Positions 23,490 to 33,739 of a stretch of DNA of 34,892 bases are shown here, in pieces. The DNA is from Octopus bimaculoides. Lineage: Eukaryota. Below the pieces are notes generated by a model, which was not told where the DNA came from, did not search any database, and saw nothing but the letters and a program-made list of their open reading frames with translations. Positions within the stretch are counted from its first letter, which is position 1. Each line of letters starts with the position of its first letter. The stretch is taken from the NCBI RefSeq assembly GCF_001194135.2, contig NC_068982.1, positions 149,541,365 through 149,576,256 on the forward strand. Direction: 5' to 3'. The translations under genes were made by a program, and so were the position numbers.

Positions 23490-24200
23490 TTTGTAGTTTC
23501 TGGTGAATAAATTGTCATCTAAATTATAACAGAAGATACTTGGACACATATTGGTTTCAAATTTTGGCACAAGGCCAGCAAGTTCAAGGGAGGGAATAAG
23601 TTGATTACATCAACCCCAGTGCTCAACTGGTACTTATTCTATCAGCACCCGGTAGGAAAAAGACAAAGTCAACCTCAGTGGAATTTGAACTTGGAACATA
23701 AAGATGGATGAAATGCTGCTAAGCATTTTATCCAGCATGCTAATGATTCTGCAAGCTCACAACCTAAAAAACTTGGACACATAGTAACATAACAGAGCTG
23801 TTTTATATAAACTTATCCACCCAATTTTAACTAATTCCAGGAAAGAAAAAAAACTCTAGATACTCTTTATAAACATTTATCAGTCTTTGAAAATACTATG
23901 TGAAAATACTATGGAACTTTAGCATATAGATAGACCGTCAGATAACATAATAAACCTGATATCAATTTTGGTGACAAAACAAATGACAATAACATACTTG
24001 TTATCAACAAAGCATACTGAAATGATTTTAATGTTGAGCAAAATCTAAGGTGAAAGATTGGGAATTACACTGACCTACTTGTTGAATTAAAGATGTTATG
24101 AGCATTAAGGAAGGTGTCTATCATCCAACTTGTAATTACCTCAGCTGGAGCAACGCTCAGCCATTTGTGTAAAGACATTGACAGATTAGTGTTGAGGACA
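23490..24200 (+). mobile_element. Heavily decayed RLE-type LINE (R4/NeSL-like) C-terminal region
   Basis: KILWNFSI*IDRQIT/NKPDINFGDK and KIGNYTDLLVELKML*ALRKVSIIQLVITSAG parallel KILWDF.IQTD..I.A.RPDI and K..KY.DL..E...W...P.VIG.LG; interrupted by SINE C. Confidence 0.65.
23551..23770 (-). mobile_element. SINE family C with 13-bp TSD
   Basis: TSD ACTTGGACACATA at 23538-23550 and 23771-23783. Confidence 0.92.
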
Positions 24201-24220
24201 GACACCAGTATGTTCTAGAT

Positions 24221-24468
24221 CAATGTTTCTCAACCATTTTTCAGTTATAGACCCCTTTGATTCCTGTTTTTACTCTACTGAAGCCTCATAGCCATTTGAT
24301 GTTAAAAAAACCTCCTCTTATATTTTTATAGTTAGATATTATTAGGAATTGTATAAAAAAATTGTTAAAACATTTTGTGTATTGTAGAAGTATAATTTAT
24401 TGCAGATAAATTTTTACAACAAATCTTATGTGGACCCTTAAGGGTCATATGGGCCCCAGTTGAGACTG
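24221..24468. mobile_element. hAT (Charlie-type) MITE 1
   Basis: 8-bp TSD TTCTAGAT (24213-24220, 24469-24476); left TIR CAATGTTTCTCAAC; shortened right TIR GTTGAGACTG. Confidence 0.85.
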
Positions 24469-24476
24469 TTCTAGAT

Positions 24477-24610
24477 CAGTCACTGGCAAACTGTGGGCCA
24501 CATGCTGCATGTTGGCTGTGAGACTTTCTGAACAGCAAGCCTAAGGAAAAATTACCTATATATAGCTAGATATATAGATAGATATATAGTTATATATATA
24601 TGTGTGTGTG

Positions 24611-24642
<32 letters not shown>

Positions 24643-24759
24643 AAACTATCTATCTATCTATATATATGTACATACATATATATACATAGTGATATGACCC
24701 ACCTCATGATGAGCTATGTCTTTATGCAGCCTGTTTCTTGAAAAAGTTGCCCATGCCTC
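24477..24759. mobile_element. hAT MITE 2 with internal (TA)n expansion
   Basis: Starts CAGTCACTGGCAAACTGTGGGCCACATG, ends AAGTTGCCCATGCCTC (degenerate TIR), followed by TTCTAGAA (24760-24767). Confidence 0.65.
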
Positions 24760-25086
24760 TTCTAGAAATAGTAATACTAGCATGTATAAGTATTGTTAGG
24801 GCATTCTCATTCAGTATTTGTTAACTTTGGACGTCTTTATTAACTTTCAAGATCTTTATTAACATGAAAAATAGGAAATTAGCTCAAGATGTCACACAGT
24901 CAAATCAAACCCAGACATAATGGTTGTGTAGTGAACTTCTTAAACATTCACAGATACCTGCATGCATGCATATGCACATACATATATACACACATATATG
25001 TATGTGAGTGTGCATGTACATATATACATATACATACACATGCACACACAAGCACAAAAATATATACACATATGTGTGTATGCATA

Positions 25087-25122
<36 letters not shown>

Positions 25123-25202
25123 AATACATATATAGATAGATAGACAGACAGACAGATAGATGGACAGATAGATATTTGCATATACATAAATGCATAAATT
25201 AA

Positions 25203-25620
25203 AAAGGATCAAAAGTCCTTCCCGAGCCATTGGCTCATAAGACCAGTTTCTTAGATTTTGTGTCATGTGTATTCCCCAGTGGAAGGGACCCCAGTCCATC
25301 ACAGGATTACTGACTTTTGCCAGCTGAGTGGACTGGTGCAATGTGAAATGAAATGTTTTGCTCAAGAACATAATGCATCAACTGGTGAGGAACTGCAACC
25401 ACAATATTCTTTTCTACTCTAGGCACAAGGCCCGAAATTTTGGGGGAAGGGGCCAGTTGATTAGAATGACAGCAGTACACAACTGGTACTTAATTTATCG
25501 ACCCTGAAAGGATGAAAGGCAAAGTCAACCTCGGCGGAATTTGAACTCAGAATGTAAAACTGCAACCACGATATTACAATCATGCGTGCAGCACCCTAAC
25601 CATTATGCCACACACCTCCA
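25203..25620 (-). mobile_element. SINE family D interrupted by a SINE C fragment
   Basis: Reverse complement matches 28089-28351 (GGAGGTGTGTGGC head, TTGAGCAAAACA, TGTGATGGACTGG). Confidence 0.85.
25409..25557 (-). mobile_element. 5'-truncated SINE C with 18-bp TSD (1 mismatch)
   Basis: AACTGCAACCAC(A/G)ATATT at 25391-25408 and 25558-25575. Confidence 0.88.
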
Positions 25621-25653
25621 CACATGTATAAATGTATAAGTATATATCTATAT

Positions 25654-26178
25654 CATCATCATCATCATCATCGTTGTTTAACATCCGCTTTCCATAGTGG
25701 CATGGGTTGGGCGATTTGACCTAGGACTGTACCAGGCTCCAATCTGATCTGGCATGGTTTCTACAGCTGGATGCCCTGCCTGACACCAACCACTCTCAGT
25801 GTAGTGGGTGCTTTTTACGTGCCACCAGCATGAGGGCCAGTCAGGTGGTACTGGCAACAACCATGCTCGAATGGTGCTTTTTACATGACACCAGTACGGA
25901 AGCCAGTCAGGTGGTAGTGGCATCGGCCACAACAATGATTTCACTTGACTCAACAGGTCTTCTCAAGCACAGTTTATTGCTTGCTGATTAAAGGGTACTC
26001 TTAAATGGGCTGCACTGGCATAGGCCACGGTTACGGTGTCACTTGGTTTGCCGGGTCTTCTTAAGCACAGCATATCTTCAGAGGTCTCGGTCGCTTGTCA
26101 TCAACTCGTTTGAAGGTCATGCTTCACCACCTCATCCGAGGTCTTCCTGGGTCTACTTCTTCCACAGGTTCCCTTTCT
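25654..26178 (-). mobile_element. RTE 3' fragment (ORF end plus 3'UTR, family B)
   Basis: Minus strand encodes KGTCGRSRPRKTSDEVVKHDL..DL*RYAVLKKTRQTK*; (GAT)n tail. Confidence 0.88.
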
Positions 26179-26214
26179 GTATATACATACATATTTTTTT
26201 TATAAAAGCCCATA

Positions 26215-26495
26215 AAATCCGTGGTACTGGTTCCACATAAAAAAAAAAACACTAGTGAGGTGCCACATATAAAGGACTGGTGCTGGTGCCATGTAAAAAG
26301 CACCCAGTACACTCTGTGGAGTGGTGAGAGTCAGGAAGGGCATCCAGCTATAGAAACTAAGCCAAAACGGACTATGAAACCTGGTGCAGCTCCTGACCTT
26401 ACTGGCTCCTGTCAAGCCATCCAACCCATACCAGCAAGGAAAACAGAAGTTTAAATGATGATGGTGGTGGTGGTGGTGGTGGTGTCGGTGGCGGC
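26215..26495 (+). mobile_element. RTE 3'UTR (family B)
   Basis: GGAAGGGCATCCAGCTATAGAAAC, CCATCCAACCCATACCAGC, GAT/GGT tail. Confidence 0.82.
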
Positions 26496-26819
26496 TCTTG
26501 TGATATATGCGTGTATAGATATATACATACACAGACACACACATATACATCCCTTTGTCCAGACAAACTCCAAATGAATCTGCAACATAGATTGCTTTGC
26601 ATAAGTGTGAAAAAAAAAATACAAAAACCTCCCACTACACCATTCTTAACAAGGATGGATTGGATGAAGAAGACTGCATAAGGAAAGAAAATGAAGTAAA
26701 CCAATTAAGTTAATTTTCTTTTTACTTACTATTTATTTCACTCTTTGCAATATAACTAAGAGAATTGCTTGAAATGATTTCTTTCTTACCGCTCTTTGAT
26801 TGGTTTTCAATTCACTGCT

Positions 26820-27110
26820 CACAGATGTATATCATACGTACATACATACATACATATATATACAGATACATACATACACATACATATGTATACAGATACA
26901 TACATACATATTTACACTCATACATACATATATACACTCATACATACATGTACATATGCATACATACACATATACAGACATGTATACTTACATGTATATA
27001 TATATGCTTATATTCACTCACACACACACATATATATATGCATATATGTGTGCATGTTCATGCTTGTGTGTGTGTATGTGTGTGTGTATGTGTGTGTGTG
27101 TTTGTGCGTG

Positions 27111-27172
<62 letters not shown>
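26820..27172. repeat. Compound (TACA)n/(CA)n then (TG)n microsatellite
   Basis: Direct reading. Confidence 0.95.
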
Positions 27173-27174
<2 letters not shown>

Positions 27175-27795
27175 GTTTTTATTTAGTTTTGTTGATGTTT
27201 CTGTGATTTGCTTTCTTCTAATACTGAAATAAAGTTGCATCATTTCTTTCTGGAAAGATTTTTGCTTGGAAAAAGTAAAAAGGAGATAATTAGAAAGTAA
27301 GAAAGTAAGAAAAACTAATGGCAACAGGATGGTAGTGGTGGCAGCGGTGGCAACAGTGGCAAGGGTGGCAGCAGTGGTAGTGGTGGTAGTGGTGGCAACA
27401 GATGTGGTGGTTGGGACAAAGACAAAAATAGAGTTATTAGGCAAAAAAGAGAGAGAGAGAAAAAGAGAAGGGGAAGATGAAGGAGAGAGATAAACAAAGA
27501 CAAACTGTATATATATATACATATATCATCATCTATGTATTATACTAAATGTATATACATTCTTTGACGGTATGATGCTGTTGAGTTCTCTGAGATAAAA
27601 TCTCACCAAAGGTTTGTTTTTTTAAAAACAAAATATATATTGGAGCAAAGATGAACATCATCACTGCAATGACTCATGAGAATTACAGCTGTGTTTTGCT
27701 TTTTTTGAGGTTTGTTGATGCCATGCACCAAGATTTTACCTACTTAAATAAAATACATGCCATGATTTAAAGAAAAAAGAGAATAGAATACTCAC

Positions 27796-27843
27796 AGGTA
27801 TTGTGGAAGCTTGCCAGGCTGTAAACAGACTCAGCGTACATAA
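27796..27843 (-). other. Candidate 48-nt exon of an unknown gene
   Basis: Minus strand gctttttcag|TTATGTAC..CAATACCT|gtgagt; two frames open (LCTLSLFTAWQASTIP or MYAESVYSLASFHNT); no homolog recognised. Confidence 0.35.
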
Positions 27844-28017
27844 CTGAAAAAGCATTAAATTAAAATCACCATCTATGTATCATACTAGATGCATACATCC
27901 CGTTAGAAGGCATGGTGTTGTAGAATTGTCTGAGATAAAATCCAATATATATGGTAAAAACACAATACATATTGAAGCTAGACAAGCATCCTCACTGCAG
28001 TGACCCACGAAAATGAT

Positions 28018-28438
28018 AGATATAGGAAGGGTGTCCAACCATAGAAACAGACTATAACAGACAATAAAGCTTGGTACAGCCTTCTTGCATGGAGGTGTGT
28101 GGCTTAGTGGTTAGGGTGTCAGCATCATGATCGTAAGATTGTGGTTTCGATTCCTGGACCAGGTGACGTGTTGTGTTCTTGAGCAAAACACTTCATTTCA
28201 CGTTGCTCCAGTTCACTTAGCTGGCAAAAATGAGTAACGCTGTGATGGACTGGCGTCCAGTCCAGCTGGGGAACACATATGCCATTGAAACCGGGAAACA
28301 GGGCCCATGAGCCTGGCTAGGCTTTAAAAGGGCGCATTTATTATTTTTATTTACAGCCTTCTTGCCAGCTCTTATCAAACCATCCAGCTCAAGCCAGCAT
28401 GGCAAACAGACATTAAATGTTGATAATGATGATGATGA
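28018..28438 (+). mobile_element. Diverged RTE 3'UTR interrupted by SINE D
   Basis: TAGGAAGGGTGTCCAACC before the insertion; CCAGCATGGCAAACAGACATTAAATG..GAT after it. Confidence 0.75.
28089..28351 (+). mobile_element. SINE family D (tRNA head, CORE/V-domain-like body) with 14-bp TSD
   Basis: A box TGGCTTAGTGG (28100-28110), B box GGTTTCGATTCC (28143-28154); TSD TACAGCCTTCTTGC at 28075-28088 and 28352-28365; TGTGATGGACTGGCGTCC resembles the V-SINE domain by recall. Confidence 0.92.
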
Positions 28439-28861
28439 AGTGTGTGTGTGTGTGTGTGTGTGTGTTCAAAATTGTACAAAAAAAGAACCAAAAAAGACAA
28501 AAGACAGAGACAGGTGAGGAACAACAAACAGGGTGTATTAATTTGATGCTTTGGGAAAATGGAAGGGTCTTTGACATTTCAAGCCTATGATGCTCTTCTA
28601 CAGAAAGGAATAAGGAGAGAAAACAGATGGAAAAAGAAATGGTTGCACATGTTGAAATGACTGGAAGGAAGGAAGAGGTTAAAGACAAGGATGGCTAAGG
28701 TGACATCAGTAATCTGGATAAGGTGACTGTGTGTAAGCATTTGTGTGTATGTGAGGATAATGTGTGTATGGGTGAGTGTGAGTGTATGTGTGTGGCCATG
28801 AAGGTTATGTGAGTGTGCGTATGAGAGTGTGCGCATGAGAGTGTGCATGTGTATGCTCCAT

Positions 28862-28932
28862 GCATTTATGTATGGATGCTGTCAAACCACCCAACCCATG
28901 CCAGCATGGAACATGAAAGTAATATAATGGTA

Positions 28933-28968
<36 letters not shown>

Positions 28969-29096
28969 TGTGACTGTGTATGTATGTATGTATGTATACA
29001 AATTGCAAGATCTTACATGCTTATACATATATACTTGTTGGCATTCAGTTTATCTAATAGCTTGTTACTCAAACTAGAACTATGCATGTATATATG

Positions 29097-29129
<33 letters not shown>

Positions 29130-29330
29130 TTAACGTCTGTTTTTTATGCCTGGCATGGGTTGGATAGTTTGACCAGAGCTGGTAAGCAGGAGAGCTGCTC
29201 CAAGTTCCAGTCTGATTTGGCTTGGTTTCTACGACTGGATGCCACTCCTAGTGCCAACCTCTTTACAGATTGTGCTGGGTGCTTTTTGCATGGCACCAGG
29301 ACAGATACTTTTACACAGCACCAGCATAGG
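28862..29330. mobile_element. RTE tail on + (28862-28968) and RTE 3'UTR on - (29098-29330)
   Basis: CCAACCCATGCCAGCATGG-(GAT)n; (CAT)n-TTTAACGTCTG. Confidence 0.8.
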
Positions 29331-29454
29331 CCTCTTGCAGGCCAATTCTCTTCAGCAGGCATGGAGACGCAGCATTAACAAATCTGCTGCGAAGGACAAG
29401 TCTTCTTGAATATGCATGTATATAAGCATGTGTGTGTGTGTGTGTACATATACA

Positions 29455-30130
29455 TATATAAATGGTTGTGTGGTAAGAAGCTTGTTTCCTAACCACATGG
29501 TTCCGGGTTCAGTTCCACTGCATGGCACCTTGGGCAAGTGTCTTCTACTATAGCCTCAGGCCAATCAAAGCCTTTTGAGTTGATTTGGTAGATGGAAAGT
29601 GAAAGAAGCTCATCGTTTCAATATGTGACTGCATGTGTATCGTTGGCGATTTTCTATCTCCGTCTTCCCTTCCTTGTACTTTTTCTATATTTCTGATGAA
29701 GAGCTCTGCTCAAAACGTGAAATCCTCTTTCTTTTCTTTCCTTTCCTGAGTGTCCAATAACACTGTACTTATTCCACGTACTCGCGTTGTTGTTTTTTCT
29801 TGTTTGTTCATGTTTGGATTGACTATATATATATATATATNNNNNNNNNNNNNNNNNNNNNNNNNNNNNNNNNNNNNNNNNNNNNNNNNNNNNNNNNNNN
29901 NNNNNNNNNNNNNNNNNNNNNNNNNNNNNNNNNNNNNNNNNNNNNNNNNNNNNNNNNNNNNNNNNNNNNNNNNNNNNNNNNNNNNNNNNNNNNNNNNNNN
30001 NNNNNNNNNNNNCGATAGAATAAGTACTAGGCATCCAAAGAATAAGTCCTGGGGTCAATTTGCTCAACTAAAGGCGGTGCTCCAGCATGGCCGCAGTCAA
30101 ATGACTGAAACAAGTAAAAGAGTAAAAGAG
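29455..30130 (+). mobile_element. SINE family A split by a Penelope-LTR-like cassette and a gap
   Basis: Head 29455-29614; tail 30013-30130. Confidence 0.8.
29689..29723 (+). ncRNA. Degenerate minimal type I hammerhead ribozyme motif
   Basis: ATTT-CTGATGA-A-GAGC(TCT)GCTC-AAAAC-GTG-AAAT: stem I ATTT/AAAT, CUGAUGA core, stem II GAGC/GCTC, GAAAC with G12>A, GUH with H=G. Confidence 0.6.
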
Positions 30131-30140
30131 ATATATATAT

Positions 30141-30552
30141 CTCTTTTACTCTTTTACTTGTTTCAGTCATTTGACTGCGGCCATGCTGGAGCACCGCCTT
30201 TAGTTGAGCAAATTGACCCCAGGACTTATTCTTTGGATGCCTAGTACTTATTCTATCGGTCTCTTTTGCCAAACTGCTAAATCACGGGAATATAAACACA
30301 CCAGCATCGGTTGTCAAGCGATGTTGGGGGAACAAACACAGACATACAAACATATACACATGCATACATATATATATATATACATATATACGACGGGCTT
30401 CCTTCAGTTTCCGTCTACCAAATCCACTCACAAGGCTTTGGTCAGCCCGAGGCTATAGTAGAAGACACTTGCCCAAGGTGCCATACAGTGGGAATGAACC
30501 TGGAACCATGTGGTTGGTAAGCAAGCTACTTACCACACAGCCACTCCTGTGC
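30141..30552 (-). mobile_element. SINE family A, full length, young
   Basis: CpG-retaining near-consensus copy; its tail forms a perfect palindrome with 30013-30130. Confidence 0.93.
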
Positions 30553-30807
30553 CTATATATATATATATATGTATATATATATTGAGGGAGTGTGTGTTGC
30601 CAGCTTTCCATAGTGGTACCAGTACATTGGTAGCTTGTACAAATGGAAAGTGTTGAGAGTACTGAGAGGTAGGCATGTAGATCAGCAGGAAGGGAAACAC
30701 CAGCAGTGAGCCCAGGAATGAGCAAACAAACCCAGATTCAGTATGTGTGTAGGTATGTATGTGTTGTAAAATGCCTGTGTGTATATTGCCAGTTGTAAAA
30801 TAATAAT

Positions 30808-31025
30808 CCTCCCTCCTGTAGGCACAAGGCCTGAAAATTTTGAGGAGGAGGGATAGTCAATTACATTGATCCCAGTGTATAACTGGTATTTATTTCATCA
30901 ACCCCGAAAGGATGAAATGCAAAGTCAACCTCAACAGAATTTGAACTCAGAACGTAGTGGCAGACAAAATACCACTAAGCACTTCACCTGGCATGCTAAT
31001 GATTCTGCCAGCTCGCTGCCTTATA
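30808..31025 (-). mobile_element. SINE family C with 15-bp TSD
   Basis: TTGTAAAATAATAAT at 30793-30807 and 31026-31040. Confidence 0.92.
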
Positions 31026-32194
31026 TTGTAAAATAATAATATGAGAAGAATCAACTGCAAATTGAATTAAAGAGCAAAAAGTGGATATTTATACTCCTTT
31101 GGTATGATACTATGTCCAAGATACTTGTCCATGGCCAAGATACTTAACTTTCAGGTGTTCACTCTGCTTGGTTATATGAATATGTGATCTGAATAGTAAT
31201 AATTCAACACTGGAAGGATTAGGATTAATGTATAATTAATGAGTGATTCATTCATTTGCAATGTTCAAATAAAATGCTTTTATTGATATAGAGAAAAGCA
31301 ATAAGAAGTTTGTCATTTGTACTCTGAGAAATCCTTTATTGTGTTATGCCAGACCGGAAATGATTCAGCATACTTATGATCAAAGACATTCCAACTATGA
31401 CTACCACATCATTTTCCTTATCAAGGACATATTGTCTAGAGTGTTCTTCAGTTTTGTTTTTTTTTAAGTTGAGTGCAATGTGACAGATATTTGGCTGCTG
31501 TTTCAGTCAGGTCAAGCAACCATATAGAGGCTTCTCTAGCTAGTTTGAGAACAATCCTGTCTTCTATTCTATCCTTAGTTTTTTTACAAAAATATTCACT
31601 ACAGAAGAATCTAGACATTGATTCTAATCACACGCTACATCTGATGACATTAAATATAGTATATTGCATGTATGTACATGCACATGCACACACACATACA
31701 CACATACACACACACACACACACACATACACACACACACATACACACACACACACATACGAACAACCCATGGCATCAGTGGTAGCTATTAGTAAAATTAC
31801 TAATGAAATGAAGTCTATAAACCACTCAGTACAATAGATATAGTTAATAGCTTCTCATACTGAAGTGATATAATTAATGTTGAGGCAGGGAAAAAAATCA
31901 TAGAGAAATCATAGAAAAATCACAGATGCCAGACTAAAAGTAGATTGGAAGAAATTCAGAGAGCTTTTGTTTCTGTTAACAAGAAAGGATTTCTCACAAT
32001 CTGAGGGAAATTTCTATGCAGTGACTTGACCTGTTTGAAATAGCTGTCAGTCTCCTTTACATCACATTCTCTGCAAAAAGGAAGAACACTTTGGACGATC
32101 TAGTCCCAGGCAAATAAAATTGTAGTATTGTTTTGTCTAGAATGCCTTTTATTATAAGTTTACTGAATTAGGGCTGAGCTGGGTTTAAACAACA

Positions 32195-32340
32195 ATGTAG
32201 GTGTCAATGTGGCTTGCCAACCATGTGGTCTTGGGTTCAGCCCCACTGCATCCCAGTATAGGCAAGCGTCTTCTACTATAACCCCAGCCTTGGGAGTAGA
32301 TTTGATAGATGGAAACTGAAAGAAACCAATCATATATGTG
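32195..32340 (+). mobile_element. SINE family A, 5' half, diverged
   Basis: GGGTTCAGCCCC, GTCTTCTACTATA, GATGGAAACTGAAAGAA. Confidence 0.75.
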
Positions 32341-32427
32341 TGAGTATAGCTAGCTAGATATATATAGTGTGTGTGTATATATATATGTAAAACTATCTAT
32401 CTATATATATATATGTATATATATATA

Positions 32428-32658
32428 TCATCATCATCATCGTCGTCGTTTAACGTCCGCTTTCCATGCTAGCATGGGTTGGACGATTTGACTGAGGACT
32501 GGTGAAACCGGATGGCAACACCAGGCTCCAATCTAATTTGGCAGAGTTTCTACAGCTGGATGCCCTTCCTAACGCCAACCACTCAGAGAGTGTAGTGGGT
32601 GCTTTTACGTGTCACCCGCACGAAAACGGCCACGCTCGAAATGGTGTCTTTTATGTGC
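32428..32658 (-). mobile_element. RTE 3'UTR (family B), young
   Basis: Near-consensus with CpGs retained. Confidence 0.9.
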
Positions 32659-32676
32659 GTATATATATATGTGTGT

Positions 32677-33222
32677 GTCAGTAGTCATGTACGACAGAGT
32701 GTAAGCATCTTGAGAGAAAAACTGAGCATAAGAGGCATCAGATGTGATATGTAATAGACACCATTGCACTGGTATGGTCACGTGATGCATATGGATGAGG
32801 AGAGCTGCATAAAGAAGTGCCGATGTCTAACTGTGGAAGGAACCTGTGGAAAAGGTAGGCCCAGGAAGACATGGGACAAGGTGGTGAAGCATGATCATTG
32901 AATGTTGGGTCTCACAGGGGCGATGACGAGTGATCAAGACCTTTGGCAATTTGCTGTGCTTGAGAAGATTCATCAAGCCAAGTTGAAATCACATTTGTGA
33001 CTTGGTGCCGGTAACACGTAAAAGCATCCATGTCAGTGAAACATAACAGCAACCATGCCAGTGACATGTAAAAGGCACCCACTACACTCTCAGAGTAGTT
33101 GGCAGTAGGAAACCAAACCAAAATCAGACTGAAGCTTGGCACAGCACTCCGACTTACCAATTCCAGTCAAACCATCTAACTCACGCCAGCACAGAAAGCG
33201 GAAGCTAAATGATGATGATGAA
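32677..33222 (+). mobile_element. RTE LINE 3' fragment: ORF C-terminus (32683-about 32981) plus 3'UTR and (GAT)n
   Basis: One frame with stops: SHVRQSVSILREKLSIRGIRCDM**TPLHWYGHVMHMDEESCIKKC..EGTCGKGRPRKTWDKVVKHD..DLWQFAV, showing the RTE W.GHV.RM and GRPRKTW motifs. Confidence 0.92.
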
Positions 33223-33233
33223 CATATATATAT

Positions 33234-33697
33234 CATCATCATCATCATTTCATTTAACGTCCACTTTCCATGCTAGCATGGATTGGACGATTTGACTGGG
33301 GATTGGCGAACCAGATGGCTACACCAGACTCCAATCTGATCTGGCAGAGTTTCTACTGCTGGATGCTCTTCCTAATGCCAACCACTCTGAGAGTGTAGTG
33401 GGTGCTTTTTATGTGCCACTGGCACGAGGGCCAGTCTGGCGGTGCTGGCAACGGCCACACTCAAAATGGTGTTTTTTATATACCATCTGCACAGGAACCA
33501 GTCCAGCAGCACTGGCAACGACCTCGCTCAAATGATTTTCTAACATGCCACTGGCACAAGTGCCAGTAAGGCGACGCTGGTAACAATCACACTCAAATGG
33601 TGCTATTTATGTGCCACTAGCACGGAAGCCAGACAGCTGCTCTCGCAATGATCACGCTCGGACGATACTGTTAGTGCTCCACTGGCACAGGTACCAC
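33234..33697 (-). mobile_element. RTE 3'UTR (family B) with a 66-bp subrepeat array
   Basis: Units start at about 33413, 33479, 33545, 33611 and 33675. Confidence 0.9.
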
Positions 33698-33739
33698 AAT
33701 ATATATATATGTGTGTGTGTATTTATGTATGTATGTATA

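Noticed and set aside
33413-33697. CRISPR-like regularly spaced palindromic repeats
   Set aside because: Spacers are homologous to each other, the array lies within an RTE 3'UTR, the context is eukaryotic, and there are no cas genes.
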